A stretch of 64,000 nucleotides of DNA, from NCBI GenBank assembly GCA_025352565.1, contig JANXTF010000024.1:6001-70000 (forward strand), read 5' to 3'. Below the pieces are notes generated by a model, which ran no database searches, was not told the origin of the DNA, and saw only the letters and a list, made by a program, of their open reading frames with translations. This DNA is from Rhodospirillales bacterium (GTDB lineage: Bacteria > Pseudomonadota > Alphaproteobacteria > Acetobacterales > Acetobacteraceae). The translations under genes were made by a program, and so were the position numbers. Below, one piece after another: positions 48,091 to 57,427 of this stretch. Numbering within the stretch: the first letter of the stretch is position 1; each line of letters begins with the position of its first letter.

Positions 48091-48251
48091 AGCAAGAGCC
48101 TCCTTGGGTGAAGCCGGGTAGGTGGGGGCGCATCGCCGCCACTCCTAGCCCGGCGGGCGATTTCATGCGTTCCGGACGCGGCGCGGCCGGGCTATCAACT
48201 GAACCCGCCGCCAACGCAACCACCGCTCTGGGGGGGGGACGCACCGATCCG

Positions 48252-48998
48252 ATGGCTCAGCCGTTGTTCGAAGTATGCGTGGAAGGCGTCGATGGCGCGC
48301 TGGCCGCGGAGGCCGGCGGCGCCGACCGGGTCGAACTATGCGCGAGCCTGCTGGAAGGCGGCCTGACCCCCAGCCTCGGCGCGGTGCGCGAGGCGGTCGG
48401 GCGGCTGCGCATCCCGGTCCATGTCATCATCCGTCCGCGCGGCGGGGATTTCCGGTATTCCGACGCGGAGTTCGCGACCATGCTGCACGACGTGGCGCTG
48501 ATCCGCGCGGAGGGGGCCGCAAGCGTCGTGATCGGGTGCCTGCACCTGGACGGGACGATCGACGAGCCCCGCACCGCCGAACTTGCCGCCGCCGCGCGCC
48601 CCCTCGCGGTCACGTTTCACCGGGCGTTCGACATGACGCCCGACCCCGGCGCGGCGCTCGATGCGTTGGTGCGCCTGGGCGTGGCGCGGGTGCTGACCAG
48701 CGGACAGCGCGCCACGGCCCTCGACGGACTCGAGCTGCTGCGTATGCTCGTGGCGCGGGCTTCGGGCCGGATCGTGGTCATGGCGTGCGGCGCGCTGCGT
48801 CCCGACAACATCGGCTTCGTCGCGCGCGCGGGACTGCCCGAATTGCATTTTTCCGCTTTGCGCCAGGAAGATAGCCCTATGCGATTCCGCAACACGAGGC
48901 TGTCGATGGGCGGTGCCGCGCCGGCGCGCGAATATCTGCGCATGGTCACGGACCCCGACCTGGTTCGCGCCACCATCGCCGCGGCGCGGGCCGCGTGA
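48252..48998 (+). CDS. cutC: CutC-family protein (copper homeostasis protein CutC, TIM barrel)
   Basis: LFEVCVEGVDGALAAEAGGADRVELC...GGLTPS...IRPRGGDFRYS...FHRAFD...VLTSG. The start is ATG 48252. Confidence 0.85.
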   Translation: MAQPLFEVCVEGVDGALAAEAGGADRVELCASLLEGGLTPSLGAVREAVGRLRIPVHVIIRPRGGDFRYSDAEFATMLHDVALIRAEGAASVVIGCLHLDGTIDEPRTAELAAAARPLAVTFHRAFDMTPDPGAALDALVRLGVARVLTSGQRATALDGLELLRMLVARASGRIVVMACGALRPDNIGFVARAGLPELHFSALRQEDSPMRFRNTRLSMGGAAPAREYLRMVTDPDLVRATIAAARAA

Positions 48999-50035
48999 GC
49001 GGCGCCCGACCCTGGCGCTGGGGGTTTCTCGGCGCGTCCCGCATCGGGCGCTCGGCCCTGGGCCCCGCGATCGCCGCCCTGCCCGGCCATGCCCTCGCCG
49101 CCGTCGCTTCCCGCGACCCCGCTTGCGCCGCAAGCTACGCCGCCGAGTGCGGGTTCGCCCGCGCGCATGCCAGCTACGAGGCCCTGCTCACGGACCCCGA
49201 TATCGACGCCGTGTACATCGCGCTCACCAACGACGCGCACCTGCCATGGACCGTGCGGGCGCTGGAGGCGGGCAAGCACGTCCTGTGCGAAAAGCCACTG
49301 GCGCTGAACGCCGCCGAGGTCGGACGTATGCGCGCGGCAGAACGTGGGGCGGGCGCACGTGGGGCGGGCGCACGTGGCGCGGGCGCAGTTGGGGCGGGCG
49401 AACGTGGCGCGGGCGCACGGGCGATGGAGGCGTTCTGCCACATCCACCATCCGCAGATCGCCCTGGCCCGCGCGTTGCTCGCCCAAGGTGCGATCGGCCG
49501 GGTGATCGCGCTTCAGGCCAGCGTCGGCGCCGCGATCGCCAACCCGGCCGATTTCCGCTGGGCGGCGCGGATGGGCGGCGGCGCGCTGTTCGACATCGGC
49601 ACCTATTGCGTGAGCGCCTTCCGCGTGCTGCTCGGCCGCGAGCCAGTGAGCGCCGCCGGCGTGCGGAAGCTGCGCGGCGACGTGGATCTCGACACGGCGG
49701 CACAGCTTGATTTCGGCGACGGCGTGGCCGCCCAGTTCGTGTGTTCGTTCGACCGGCCGCGTTCCGCGGTGCTGGAGATCTTCGGCAGCGCGGGGCGCTT
49801 GCGGCTGGACCGGCCGTTTTCCACCAAGGGCCACGCCACGACGCTCTGGCACGACGCGGCGCGCATCGAACTCCCGGCGGTCGATCCGTACCGGCTGATG
49901 GTGCTGGATTTCGCCCGCGCGATCGAGACGGACTGCCCGATGCTGCACGGACTCGATGCGTCGTGGCACCAGGCGGCGGCAATGGACGCGATCGCGGCTT
50001 CCTGCGCCAGTTCCCAGGTCACGCCGATCGGTTGA
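48995..50035 (+). CDS. Gfo/Idh/MocA-family NAD(P)-dependent oxidoreductase carrying an internal pentapeptide-repeat insertion
   Basis: WGFLGASRIG...DAVYIALTNDAHLPWTVRALEAGKHVLCEKPLA. GTGA overlap with the cutC stop. Confidence 0.85.
   Translation: MSGARPWRWGFLGASRIGRSALGPAIAALPGHALAAVASRDPACAASYAAECGFARAHASYEALLTDPDIDAVYIALTNDAHLPWTVRALEAGKHVLCEKPLALNAAEVGRMRAAERGAGARGAGARGAGAVGAGERGAGARAMEAFCHIHHPQIALARALLAQGAIGRVIALQASVGAAIANPADFRWAARMGGGALFDIGTYCVSAFRVLLGREPVSAAGVRKLRGDVDLDTAAQLDFGDGVAAQFVCSFDRPRSAVLEIFGSAGRLRLDRPFSTKGHATTLWHDAARIELPAVDPYRLMVLDFARAIETDCPMLHGLDASWHQAAAMDAIAASCASSQVTPIG
49343..49417 (+). repeat. In-frame 15-bp tandem repeat x5 (RGAGA-type) inside the Gfo/Idh/MocA gene
   Basis: cgtggggcgggcgca x2, cgtggcgcgggcgca, gttggggcgggcgaa, cgtggcgcgggcgca. 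Confidence 0.9.
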
Positions 50036-50096
50036 GACCCCCGGCCGACATGCCCGGCGCAAGGATTGGTTAACCCGCGCGGCGCAAGCTGGCGGG

Positions 50097-50852
50097 ATGC
50101 GGACACCGGATTTCATCATCGGCGGCGCGCCGCGCTCGGGCACAACCTGGCTGTGCCACCTGCTCGCGCGCCACCCCGAAATCGGCCTCGCACGGCCGAT
50201 CGCGCCGGAGCCGAAGTTCTTTATCGTCGACGACCTGTACCGGCGCGGCGTCGCGCACTACGCGGAGCGCTGGTTCGACCGCCTGACGGCGCGCGTGGTC
50301 GGCGAGAAAAGCACGAACTACCTCGAAAGCGCCGAGGCGGCGGGCCGCATCGCCCAAACGCTGCCGCGCGTGCGGTTGATCTTCGTGCTCCGCGACCCGG
50401 TGGAGCGCGCGTTCTCGAATTACCGCTGGTCGCGCGCGCATGGCCACGAGCGGCTCGATTTCATCGATGCCATTGCGGCCGAACCTGGGCGCGCGACGCC
50501 GGACGGCATGCGTTATGCCCGCCCTTTCGCCTATGCCGCGCGGGGCATGTATGCCGCGTTGCTGCGTCCTTATCTGGCGGGCATCGGACGCGATCGCATC
50601 CTGCTGATCCGCTTCGACGACATTGCGGGCGCGGCGAACAACGTCGCTTCGGCGGTGCATGGCTTTCTGGGCGTCGCCGCGCGTCCCGGCGACGCGGACG
50701 GACTGGCGCCGGTCAATGGAGCCGCCTCCGCCGCCATGCCGGCGCAGGCAAGCGCGCGCCTCGCCGCAATGTTCGCCGTGCCCGATCGCGCGCTCGCGGC
50801 GCTCACCGGGCTCGACGTATCGGGGTGGACCTCGCAACGGCACGCAACATGA
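50097..50852 (+). CDS. Sulfotransferase family protein (PAPS-dependent type)
   Basis: FIIGGAPRSGTTWL is the 5'-PSB loop, followed by IFVLRDPVERAFSNY. Confidence 0.8.
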   Translation: MRTPDFIIGGAPRSGTTWLCHLLARHPEIGLARPIAPEPKFFIVDDLYRRGVAHYAERWFDRLTARVVGEKSTNYLESAEAAGRIAQTLPRVRLIFVLRDPVERAFSNYRWSRAHGHERLDFIDAIAAEPGRATPDGMRYARPFAYAARGMYAALLRPYLAGIGRDRILLIRFDDIAGAANNVASAVHGFLGVAARPGDADGLAPVNGAASAAMPAQASARLAAMFAVPDRALAALTGLDVSGWTSQRHAT

Positions 50853-51616
50853 TCGCGACCGAGGCGATCTGCCTGACCGTCGATGTCGAATGGGCGCATC
50901 CCGTGGTCCTGGCCGACCTCGTCGCGCTGTTCGACCAGCGCGGCCTGCGCGCCACGTTTTTCTGCACCCATGCGGGCATCGACGTGCCGGGCCATGAGCG
51001 CGGCCTCCATCCGAATTTCCGCGGCGACGGCGATTGCATGAAGGCGCTCGTCGCGCGCGACGGCGCGGACGCGATGCGCGATCAGGCTGCCGGCTATCGC
51101 TTCGCGATGGACTGGTTCCACGGCTTCGCGCCCGAGGCAATCGGCGTGCGCGGCCACAGCCTGCATTACGACAGCCAGTTGCTCGCGATCTACCGCGCCC
51201 ACGGCATTCAATACGACAGCAGCTACCAGTTGCCCTTGGCGGCGGGCTTGCGGCCGTTCTGGAAGGAGGCGGGCATCCTGGAACTGCCTTTGTTCTACAA
51301 CGACTTCTTCGACATCCGCACCCAGGCAACCGGGTTTTACGCCGCCGCGCTCAATCTGCATCGGCCTGGGCTGAAGGTGCTCAACCTTCACCCCAACATC
51401 GTCTACGCCAACATCGCCGATCCCGGTGCGCATGAACGCGCGCGCGCCTTCCACCATGACCCGGCCCGGCTGCTCGCCGCACGCGGCACCGCGCGTGGCC
51501 CGCGCGACCTGCTGCAGAGCATGCTCGACGACATCGCCGCGCGCGATCGGCCGACCGCCACGCTGGCCGAGGTCGCGGCCGCATGGCGCGCGCGGCATCC
51601 GGCGCCGTGGCCATAG
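50849..51616 (+). CDS. Polysaccharide deacetylase-like protein (WbmS-type as I recall the family)
   Basis: CLTVDVEW...FFCTH...GLHPNF...GHSLHY. ATGA overlap with the sulfotransferase stop. Confidence 0.5.
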   Translation: MIATEAICLTVDVEWAHPVVLADLVALFDQRGLRATFFCTHAGIDVPGHERGLHPNFRGDGDCMKALVARDGADAMRDQAAGYRFAMDWFHGFAPEAIGVRGHSLHYDSQLLAIYRAHGIQYDSSYQLPLAAGLRPFWKEAGILELPLFYNDFFDIRTQATGFYAAALNLHRPGLKVLNLHPNIVYANIADPGAHERARAFHHDPARLLAARGTARGPRDLLQSMLDDIAARDRPTATLAEVAAAWRARHPAPWP

Positions 51617-52575
51617 AAATCGCCTGCCTGCGCGCCGATGACGCGGCCGGCTGGCAGGGCTTCCTCGACCGATCCGCCACCGGCACGCTGTACCACGACC
51701 TGCGCTTCCTGGCCTACCACTCGCCCGGCCGGTATAATTTTCGCCATCTGGTATTCCGCGACGCGGGCCGCATCGTGGCGCTGCTGCCGGGCGGATTGCG
51801 GCATGACACGACCGGCACGGTATTCGCGTCACCTCTCGGCGCCTCGGTGGGCGGCTTGGTGCTGGCGCCCGAGACACGTCTGGAAACGGCCCAAAGCCTG
51901 GTGGACGCATTGCTGCGCCATGCGCGGGCGATGGGCTGGCGCGGGATCGAGATCACGCTGCCGCCGGCGATCTATCACGGCCGCGCGGCGCAGATGCCAT
52001 CCTTCGCGCTGACGCAAGCCGGGTTCCACACGGTCAACCGCCGGCTCTGCCCGGCGATCCCGTTGGCACCGGGCGGGGCGGAGCTTTACGCGCGCGCTTT
52101 CAGCGCCACCGCCGCCAATCGCGTCCGGGCCGCGCGCAGGGCCGGCGCCACGGTCACTCGGACATCCGCCCCCGGGGATTTCCTGCCGTTGCTCGACCAG
52201 ACCTACGCCCATCACGGCGTGGCTCCCACCCACGACCACGCGGAACTGCGCGACCTCGCGCGCCGCCTGCCCGACCGGGTCGGGTTCCACATCGCCCGCC
52301 AGGACGGCGCGGCGACTGGCGGCATCTGCGTGCTCCGTCTCAACGCCGGTGTCGCCACCACCTTCTACATATGCCCGAATCGCGCGCGGCCGCGTGCCGG
52401 CGGCGTGCTGCTGGCGGTGGCCGACGCAATGGACCGCCTCGCCGCCGATGGTGCCGCCTGGCTCGATCTGGGGCCGAGTGCCGACCATCACGCGGCCAAC
52501 CCCGGCGTCATGGCGTTCAAGGAAAGCCTTGGCGCCAGCTATCATTGCCGCGAGCATTTCGCGCTCGCTCTCTGA
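51583..52575 (+). CDS. FemAB-like / GNAT-fold acyl- or aminoacyl-transferase
   Basis: 330 aa. The N-terminal half (LYHDLRFLAYH...RHLVF) and C-terminal GNAT-like half resemble FemAB/BioF2-like transferases of glycan loci. An alternative GTG start lies at 51607. Confidence 0.5.
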   Translation: MARAASGAVAIEIACLRADDAAGWQGFLDRSATGTLYHDLRFLAYHSPGRYNFRHLVFRDAGRIVALLPGGLRHDTTGTVFASPLGASVGGLVLAPETRLETAQSLVDALLRHARAMGWRGIEITLPPAIYHGRAAQMPSFALTQAGFHTVNRRLCPAIPLAPGGAELYARAFSATAANRVRAARRAGATVTRTSAPGDFLPLLDQTYAHHGVAPTHDHAELRDLARRLPDRVGFHIARQDGAATGGICVLRLNAGVATTFYICPNRARPRAGGVLLAVADAMDRLAADGAAWLDLGPSADHHAANPGVMAFKESLGASYHCREHFALAL

Positions 52576-52662
52576 CCCGCGCCGTTAACCCCGTGCTAAC
52601 CAATCCGCCGCAAACTGGCCGCACGTCACGCCTGTCGAAAACCGCAGTGTGAGAGCAAGGCC

Positions 52663-53703
52663 ATGTTGAACGTCACCCTTTGCGGCGCCGGATACTGGGG
52701 GCGCAACCTGCTGCGGGTGCTCGCGGCCAATCCGGAAATTCATGTGCGCCATGTCGCCGACCACAATGCCGCATCGCGCGCCGCGGCGGCCCGGATCGCG
52801 CCTGGCGTTCATGTCACCGACGACGCGGAGGCCGCGATCGACGACCCCGCGATCGACGCGGTGGTGATCGCGACGCCGGTTTCGACGCATCATGCGCTCA
52901 GCCAGCGTGCGCTCGACCGCGGACGGCATGTGATGGTGGAGAAGCCACTCTGCGCGAATGCCGCCGAGGCGAGCGACCTGGTGGCGCGCGCGCGCGCCGG
53001 CGGCCGGACGCTGATGGTCGACCACACGTTCCTGTTCCATCCGGCGGTGCGCCATCTCGCCGGCATGATGGAGCGGGGCGAACTCGGCCGCGTGTCGTAC
53101 TACGATTCGCAGCGCATCAACCTGGGCATCTTCCAGCCCGACGTGAACGTGCTGTGGGATCTGGCGCCGCACGACCTCGCCATTCTCGATGCGCTGTTCG
53201 GCGAGGAAGCGGTGCATATCGAGGCCTCGGGCCATTGCCACGTCAATCCCGCGCTGCCCGACCTCGCCTTCATCACGCTGCACTATCCCTCCGGCAGGGT
53301 GGCGCATCTCAATCTCAGTTGGATGTCGCCGGTCAAGCAGCGGCGCATCGCGGTGGGCGGCAGCACGCGGATGGCGGTGTGGGACGACCTCAACCGCGAC
53401 GAACCGCTCAAGCTGTATGAGTCGGGGATCACAATACTGCCGCAAAGCCGCCGCAGCGTCATCGTACCTGGCTACCGCGTGGGCGACGTGTCGTCGCCCC
53501 GGCTCCCCAGCCATGAGCCCTTGGCCGACGCGGTGGAGAATTTTCGGCTGGCGGTGCGCGGCGACGAGCCGTGCCGCAGCCCTGGCTTGCAAGGTCTGCG
53601 CGTGGTCCGAACGCTGGAACGCGCGCAGGCGGCGCTCGATCGCAGCCTGCGTCAGGTGACCCGAACGCGGTACGCATCCGCCATCGGGATCGCCGCGGAA
53701 TGA
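52663..53703 (+). CDS. Gfo/Idh/MocA-family sugar-nucleotide oxidoreductase (WbpB/GnnA-like)
   Basis: LCGAGYWGRNLLRVL...DAVVIATPVSTHHALSQRALDRGRHVMVEKPL...LMVDHTFLFHPAV. Confidence 0.85.
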   Translation: MLNVTLCGAGYWGRNLLRVLAANPEIHVRHVADHNAASRAAAARIAPGVHVTDDAEAAIDDPAIDAVVIATPVSTHHALSQRALDRGRHVMVEKPLCANAAEASDLVARARAGGRTLMVDHTFLFHPAVRHLAGMMERGELGRVSYYDSQRINLGIFQPDVNVLWDLAPHDLAILDALFGEEAVHIEASGHCHVNPALPDLAFITLHYPSGRVAHLNLSWMSPVKQRRIAVGGSTRMAVWDDLNRDEPLKLYESGITILPQSRRSVIVPGYRVGDVSSPRLPSHEPLADAVENFRLAVRGDEPCRSPGLQGLRVVRTLERAQAALDRSLRQVTRTRYASAIGIAAE

Positions 53704-54674
53704 ACGCGCGCATCCTCGTCACCGGCGGTGCCGGCTTCATCGGTTCGCACATCGTCGAGGCGCTGCTGGCGGACGGCGCCGAACGGGTCACGGTGCTCGA
53801 CAATTTCGCCCGAGGCAGTGCCGGAAACCTCGCCGGCGTCATTGACGACAGCCGCCTTCGCCTCGTGGTCGGCGACATGCGGGACGCCGTGTTGGTGGAA
53901 TCGCTGGTGCGCGACGCCGAATTCGTATTCCACCAGGCGGCGCTGCGCATCACCCAATGCGCGGCGGAACCCGCCCATGCGTTCGAGGTGATGGGCACCG
54001 CGACATTCGGGTTGTTCGAGCTCTGCGCGAAATATGGCGTGCGGCGCGTGGTGGCCGCCTCCTCGGCGTCGATCTATGGCATGGCGCCGGCGTTTCCCAC
54101 GCCCGAGGGGGCCGCACCCTATGCCGACCGCACGCTGTATGGCGGGCTCAAGCTGCTGGGCGAGAGCCTGCTGCGCGCGCTGAACGACACGCACGGCCTC
54201 GCCTATTGCGCGCTGCGCTACTTCAACGTGTTCGGCCCGCGCATGGACGTTCAAGGCCGCTACACGGAGGTGCTGATCCGCTGGATGGAACGCATCGGGC
54301 AAGGCGAGCCGCCGGTCATCTTCGGCGATGGCGCGCAGACGATGGATTTCGTCGATGTACGCGACGTGGCACGCGCGAACGTCGCCGCCCTGCACGGACC
54401 GGCGGCCAACGCCGCGATCAACATCGGCACCGGCCGCGAGGTGAGCCTGCGCGACCTCGCCACCGTGCTGCTCGCGGCCATGGGGCGGCCCGACCTCGGC
54501 ATCGCGTTCGCGCCCGAGCGCGCCGTGAACCCGGTGCCGCGCCGGCTCGCCGACACGATGCGCGCCCGCGAGATGCTCGGCTTCACCAGCCGCATCACGC
54601 TCGAGCAAGGCCTGCGGGACCTCGTCGACTGGTGGCGCGCGGCCGGGTCGCACAGTCTCCGGCGGGCCGCATGA
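53700..54674 (+). CDS. NAD-dependent epimerase/dehydratase (extended SDR)
   Basis: ILVTGGAGFIGSH, ASSASIYG and a YGGLK catalytic dyad context. ATGA overlap on both sides. Confidence 0.88.
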   Translation: MNARILVTGGAGFIGSHIVEALLADGAERVTVLDNFARGSAGNLAGVIDDSRLRLVVGDMRDAVLVESLVRDAEFVFHQAALRITQCAAEPAHAFEVMGTATFGLFELCAKYGVRRVVAASSASIYGMAPAFPTPEGAAPYADRTLYGGLKLLGESLLRALNDTHGLAYCALRYFNVFGPRMDVQGRYTEVLIRWMERIGQGEPPVIFGDGAQTMDFVDVRDVARANVAALHGPAANAAINIGTGREVSLRDLATVLLAAMGRPDLGIAFAPERAVNPVPRRLADTMRAREMLGFTSRITLEQGLRDLVDWWRAAGSHSLRRAA

Positions 54675-55822
54675 TCCCGCTCGCGCGACCCGCGCTGGAG
54701 GAGGGCGACATTTCCGCCGTGGTCGCGGTGCTGCGCTCAGGCTGGCTGACGCAGGGGCCTGCGGTGGCCGCGTTCGAGGCGGACTTCGCCCGCGCGGTGG
54801 GCGCGCCCCACGCGGTCGCGGTGAGCAACTGCACGACCGCCCTGCATCTGGCGCTGCTGGCCGCGGGCGTCGGGCCGGGCTGCGAGGTCATCACCGCCAG
54901 CCACAGCTTCATCGCCACCGCCAACGCGATCCATCTCTGCGGCGCGTCCCCGGTGTTCGCCGACATCGATGCCGACACCTTCAACCTCGCGCCCGAGGCG
55001 GTCGAGCGGCTGATCGGCCCGCGCGTCAAGGCGATCCTGTGCGTGCACCAGATGGGAATGCCGTGCGACCTGCCGGCGATCCTGGCGATCGCCCGGCGAC
55101 ACGACCTCGCGGTGATCGAGGACGCGGCCTGCGCGATCGGCTCCGAGATACGCATCGACGGCGCGTGGCGGCCCATCGGCGCGCCGCTGTCGGATGCCGC
55201 CTGCTTCTCGTTCCACCCGCGCAAGGTGCTCACCACCGGCGAAGGCGGCATGATCGCCACCGCCCGGCCCGATCTCGCCGCGCGATGTAGGTCGCTGCGC
55301 CAGCATGCGATGAGCGTGTCGGACGCCGACCGGCACGCGGCCGCCAGCGTGACGACGGAGAGTTACGCCGAACCGGGCTTCAACCACCGCATGACCGACA
55401 TGCAGGCCGCTCTCGGCCGCGCGCAGCTGCCGCGCCTGGCAGCCACCATCGGCGAGCGCCGCGCGCTGGCCGATGGATACCGCGCGCGCCTGCGGGGCAC
55501 TCTCGCGATCCGCCCGCCCGCGGAACCCGGCTGGGCGCGGTCCAACTGGCAGAGCTACTGCGTCGGCCTGCCGGCGGGCGCGGACCGGCCGGGTGTGATG
55601 CAGGCGATGCTCGATGCGGGCGTCGCCACGCGGCGGGCGATCATGTCGAGCCATCTCGAACCGCCCTGGCGGCGCGCGCGGCGCGACGGCCAGACGATCT
55701 CGGAACGGATCAGCGCCACCCATCTTCTGCTGCCGCTGTTCGCCGGCATGACCGCGGACGAGCAGGACATCGTGGTGAACGCGCTGCGCGCCGCCCTGCG
55801 CGCCGCCCTGGGAGGCGCCTGA
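54671..55822 (+). CDS. DegT/DnrJ/EryC1/StrS-family PLP-dependent sugar aminotransferase
   Basis: VLRSGWLTQGP...AVSNCTTALHLAL...FSFHPRKVLTTGEGGMI. Confidence 0.9.
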   Translation: MIPLARPALEEGDISAVVAVLRSGWLTQGPAVAAFEADFARAVGAPHAVAVSNCTTALHLALLAAGVGPGCEVITASHSFIATANAIHLCGASPVFADIDADTFNLAPEAVERLIGPRVKAILCVHQMGMPCDLPAILAIARRHDLAVIEDAACAIGSEIRIDGAWRPIGAPLSDAACFSFHPRKVLTTGEGGMIATARPDLAARCRSLRQHAMSVSDADRHAAASVTTESYAEPGFNHRMTDMQAALGRAQLPRLAATIGERRALADGYRARLRGTLAIRPPAEPGWARSNWQSYCVGLPAGADRPGVMQAMLDAGVATRRAIMSSHLEPPWRRARRDGQTISERISATHLLLPLFAGMTADEQDIVVNALRAALRAALGGA

Positions 55823-55823
55823 C

Positions 55824-56312
55824 ATGGCGGTCGCGGCGGATGTCGTGCTGGGCGCAGGCGTGGTGATCCACCATCGCGAACTGGTCAATCTGTACGGCTG
55901 CACGATCGGCGCGGCCACCCGGATCGGCACCTTCGTGGAGATCCAGGCCGGGGCGTCCATCGGCGCGCGCTGCAAGATCCAGTCGCACAGCTTCATCTGC
56001 GCGGGCGTTGCGATCGGCGACGAGGTGTTCATCGGCCACGGCGTGATGTTCACCAATGACCGCCGCCCCATGGCCACCGATCGGCATGGCCGATTGCTGG
56101 AAGACGGGGATTGGGCGTGCGTTCGCACACGTGTCGGCGCGGGCGCATCCATCGGCAGCAATGCGACCATCCTGCCCGGCATCGCCATCGGCGCGCGGGC
56201 GCTCATCGGCGCCGGCTCCGTGGTGACCCGCGACATTCCCGCCGGCACCACCGCCTGGGGCGTGCCGGCGCGTGTGACGGGAACGCGGACCGCGCTGGAG
56301 GACCCGTCATGA
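55824..56312 (+). CDS. Left-handed beta-helix (hexapeptide-repeat) sugar N-acyltransferase, WbpD/WxcM-like
   Basis: Repeated [LIV]-G-x4 hexads (IGAATRIGTFVEIQAGASIGARCKIQS...IGSNATILPGIAIGARALIGAGSVV). Confidence 0.85.
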   Translation: MAVAADVVLGAGVVIHHRELVNLYGCTIGAATRIGTFVEIQAGASIGARCKIQSHSFICAGVAIGDEVFIGHGVMFTNDRRPMATDRHGRLLEDGDWACVRTRVGAGASIGSNATILPGIAIGARALIGAGSVVTRDIPAGTTAWGVPARVTGTRTALEDPS

Positions 56313-57427
56313 ACGCGATCGCACCGGTGCCGTTCGTCGATCTCGCCTGCCAATGGGCCGAAATCCGCGACGCGACGCTGCCGGAGATCGACGCGCTGTT
56401 CGCTTCCAGCGCATTCGTGCTGGGTCCCTGGGTGGCGCGGTTCGAGCGCGAGATCGCGGATTATCTCGGGGTTCGCCACGCGGTCGGCGTGGGTTCGGGC
56501 ACGGCCGCGCTGCACATCGCGTTCGCCGCCGCCGGCATCGGGCCGGGCGACCGCGTGCTGGTGCCGGCGCACACCTTTATCGGCTCGATCTGGGGCTTGC
56601 TGTATCTCGGCGCGGAACCCGTGCTGTGCGACGTGGATGCGCGGACCGGGCTGCTCGATCTCGATGACGCGGCCCGGCGCATGGCACCGCGCACGCGCGC
56701 CATCCTGCCGGTGCATCTGTATGGCCGGGCAATGGACATGGACGAGGTCGGCGCTTTCGCGCGCGAACACGGCCTCATGGTGATCGAGGACGCGGCCCAG
56801 GCGATCGGCGCGCGGCATGGCGGAAGGCGGGTGGGCGGCATCGGCGACCTGGGCTGTTTCAGCTTCTATCCTGGCAAGAACCTGGGTGCGGCGGGCGAGG
56901 CCGGACTGATCGCGACCGACGACGCGGCGCTGGCCGACCGCGCCCGCGCCCTGCGCAACCACGCCCAGACCGAGACCTACGTGCACGGCGAGCTCGGCTT
57001 CAACGAGCGCATGGACGGCCTGCAGGCCCTGGTGCTTGGCCACAAGCTACCGCATCTGGAGCGATGGACCGCGCATCGCCGCGCGCAGGCCGCGCGCTAC
57101 GCGGCGGCCTTCGCGGATCTCCCGCTCGTCCTGCCCGCCCCGGGTGGCGACCACGTGTTCCACCTGTTCACCGTCCTTACGCCCCATCGCGATGCGTTGC
57201 GCGCCGATCTGGCGCGGATGAACATCCAGTCCGGCCTGCACTACAAGGTGCCGCTGCATCGCCAGCCGTGCCTGCGGGACCACGCGATGGACCGGGACAG
57301 CTTCCCGGTAACCGACCGGATCGCGCGCGAAACCCTGTCCCTGCCGCTCTATGCAGGCATGCCGGACGCGCAGCAGGCGCGCGTGATTTCCGCCGTGCGG
57401 CACTTCTTCTCGCGCGGTATCTCATGA
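56309..57427 (+). CDS. DegT/DnrJ/EryC1/StrS-family sugar aminotransferase, second copy
   Basis: FVLGPWVARFE...GVGSGTAALHIAF...FSFYPGKNLGAAGEAG. Confidence 0.9.
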   Translation: MNAIAPVPFVDLACQWAEIRDATLPEIDALFASSAFVLGPWVARFEREIADYLGVRHAVGVGSGTAALHIAFAAAGIGPGDRVLVPAHTFIGSIWGLLYLGAEPVLCDVDARTGLLDLDDAARRMAPRTRAILPVHLYGRAMDMDEVGAFAREHGLMVIEDAAQAIGARHGGRRVGGIGDLGCFSFYPGKNLGAAGEAGLIATDDAALADRARALRNHAQTETYVHGELGFNERMDGLQALVLGHKLPHLERWTAHRRAQAARYAAAFADLPLVLPAPGGDHVFHLFTVLTPHRDALRADLARMNIQSGLHYKVPLHRQPCLRDHAMDRDSFPVTDRIARETLSLPLYAGMPDAQQARVISAVRHFFSRGIS

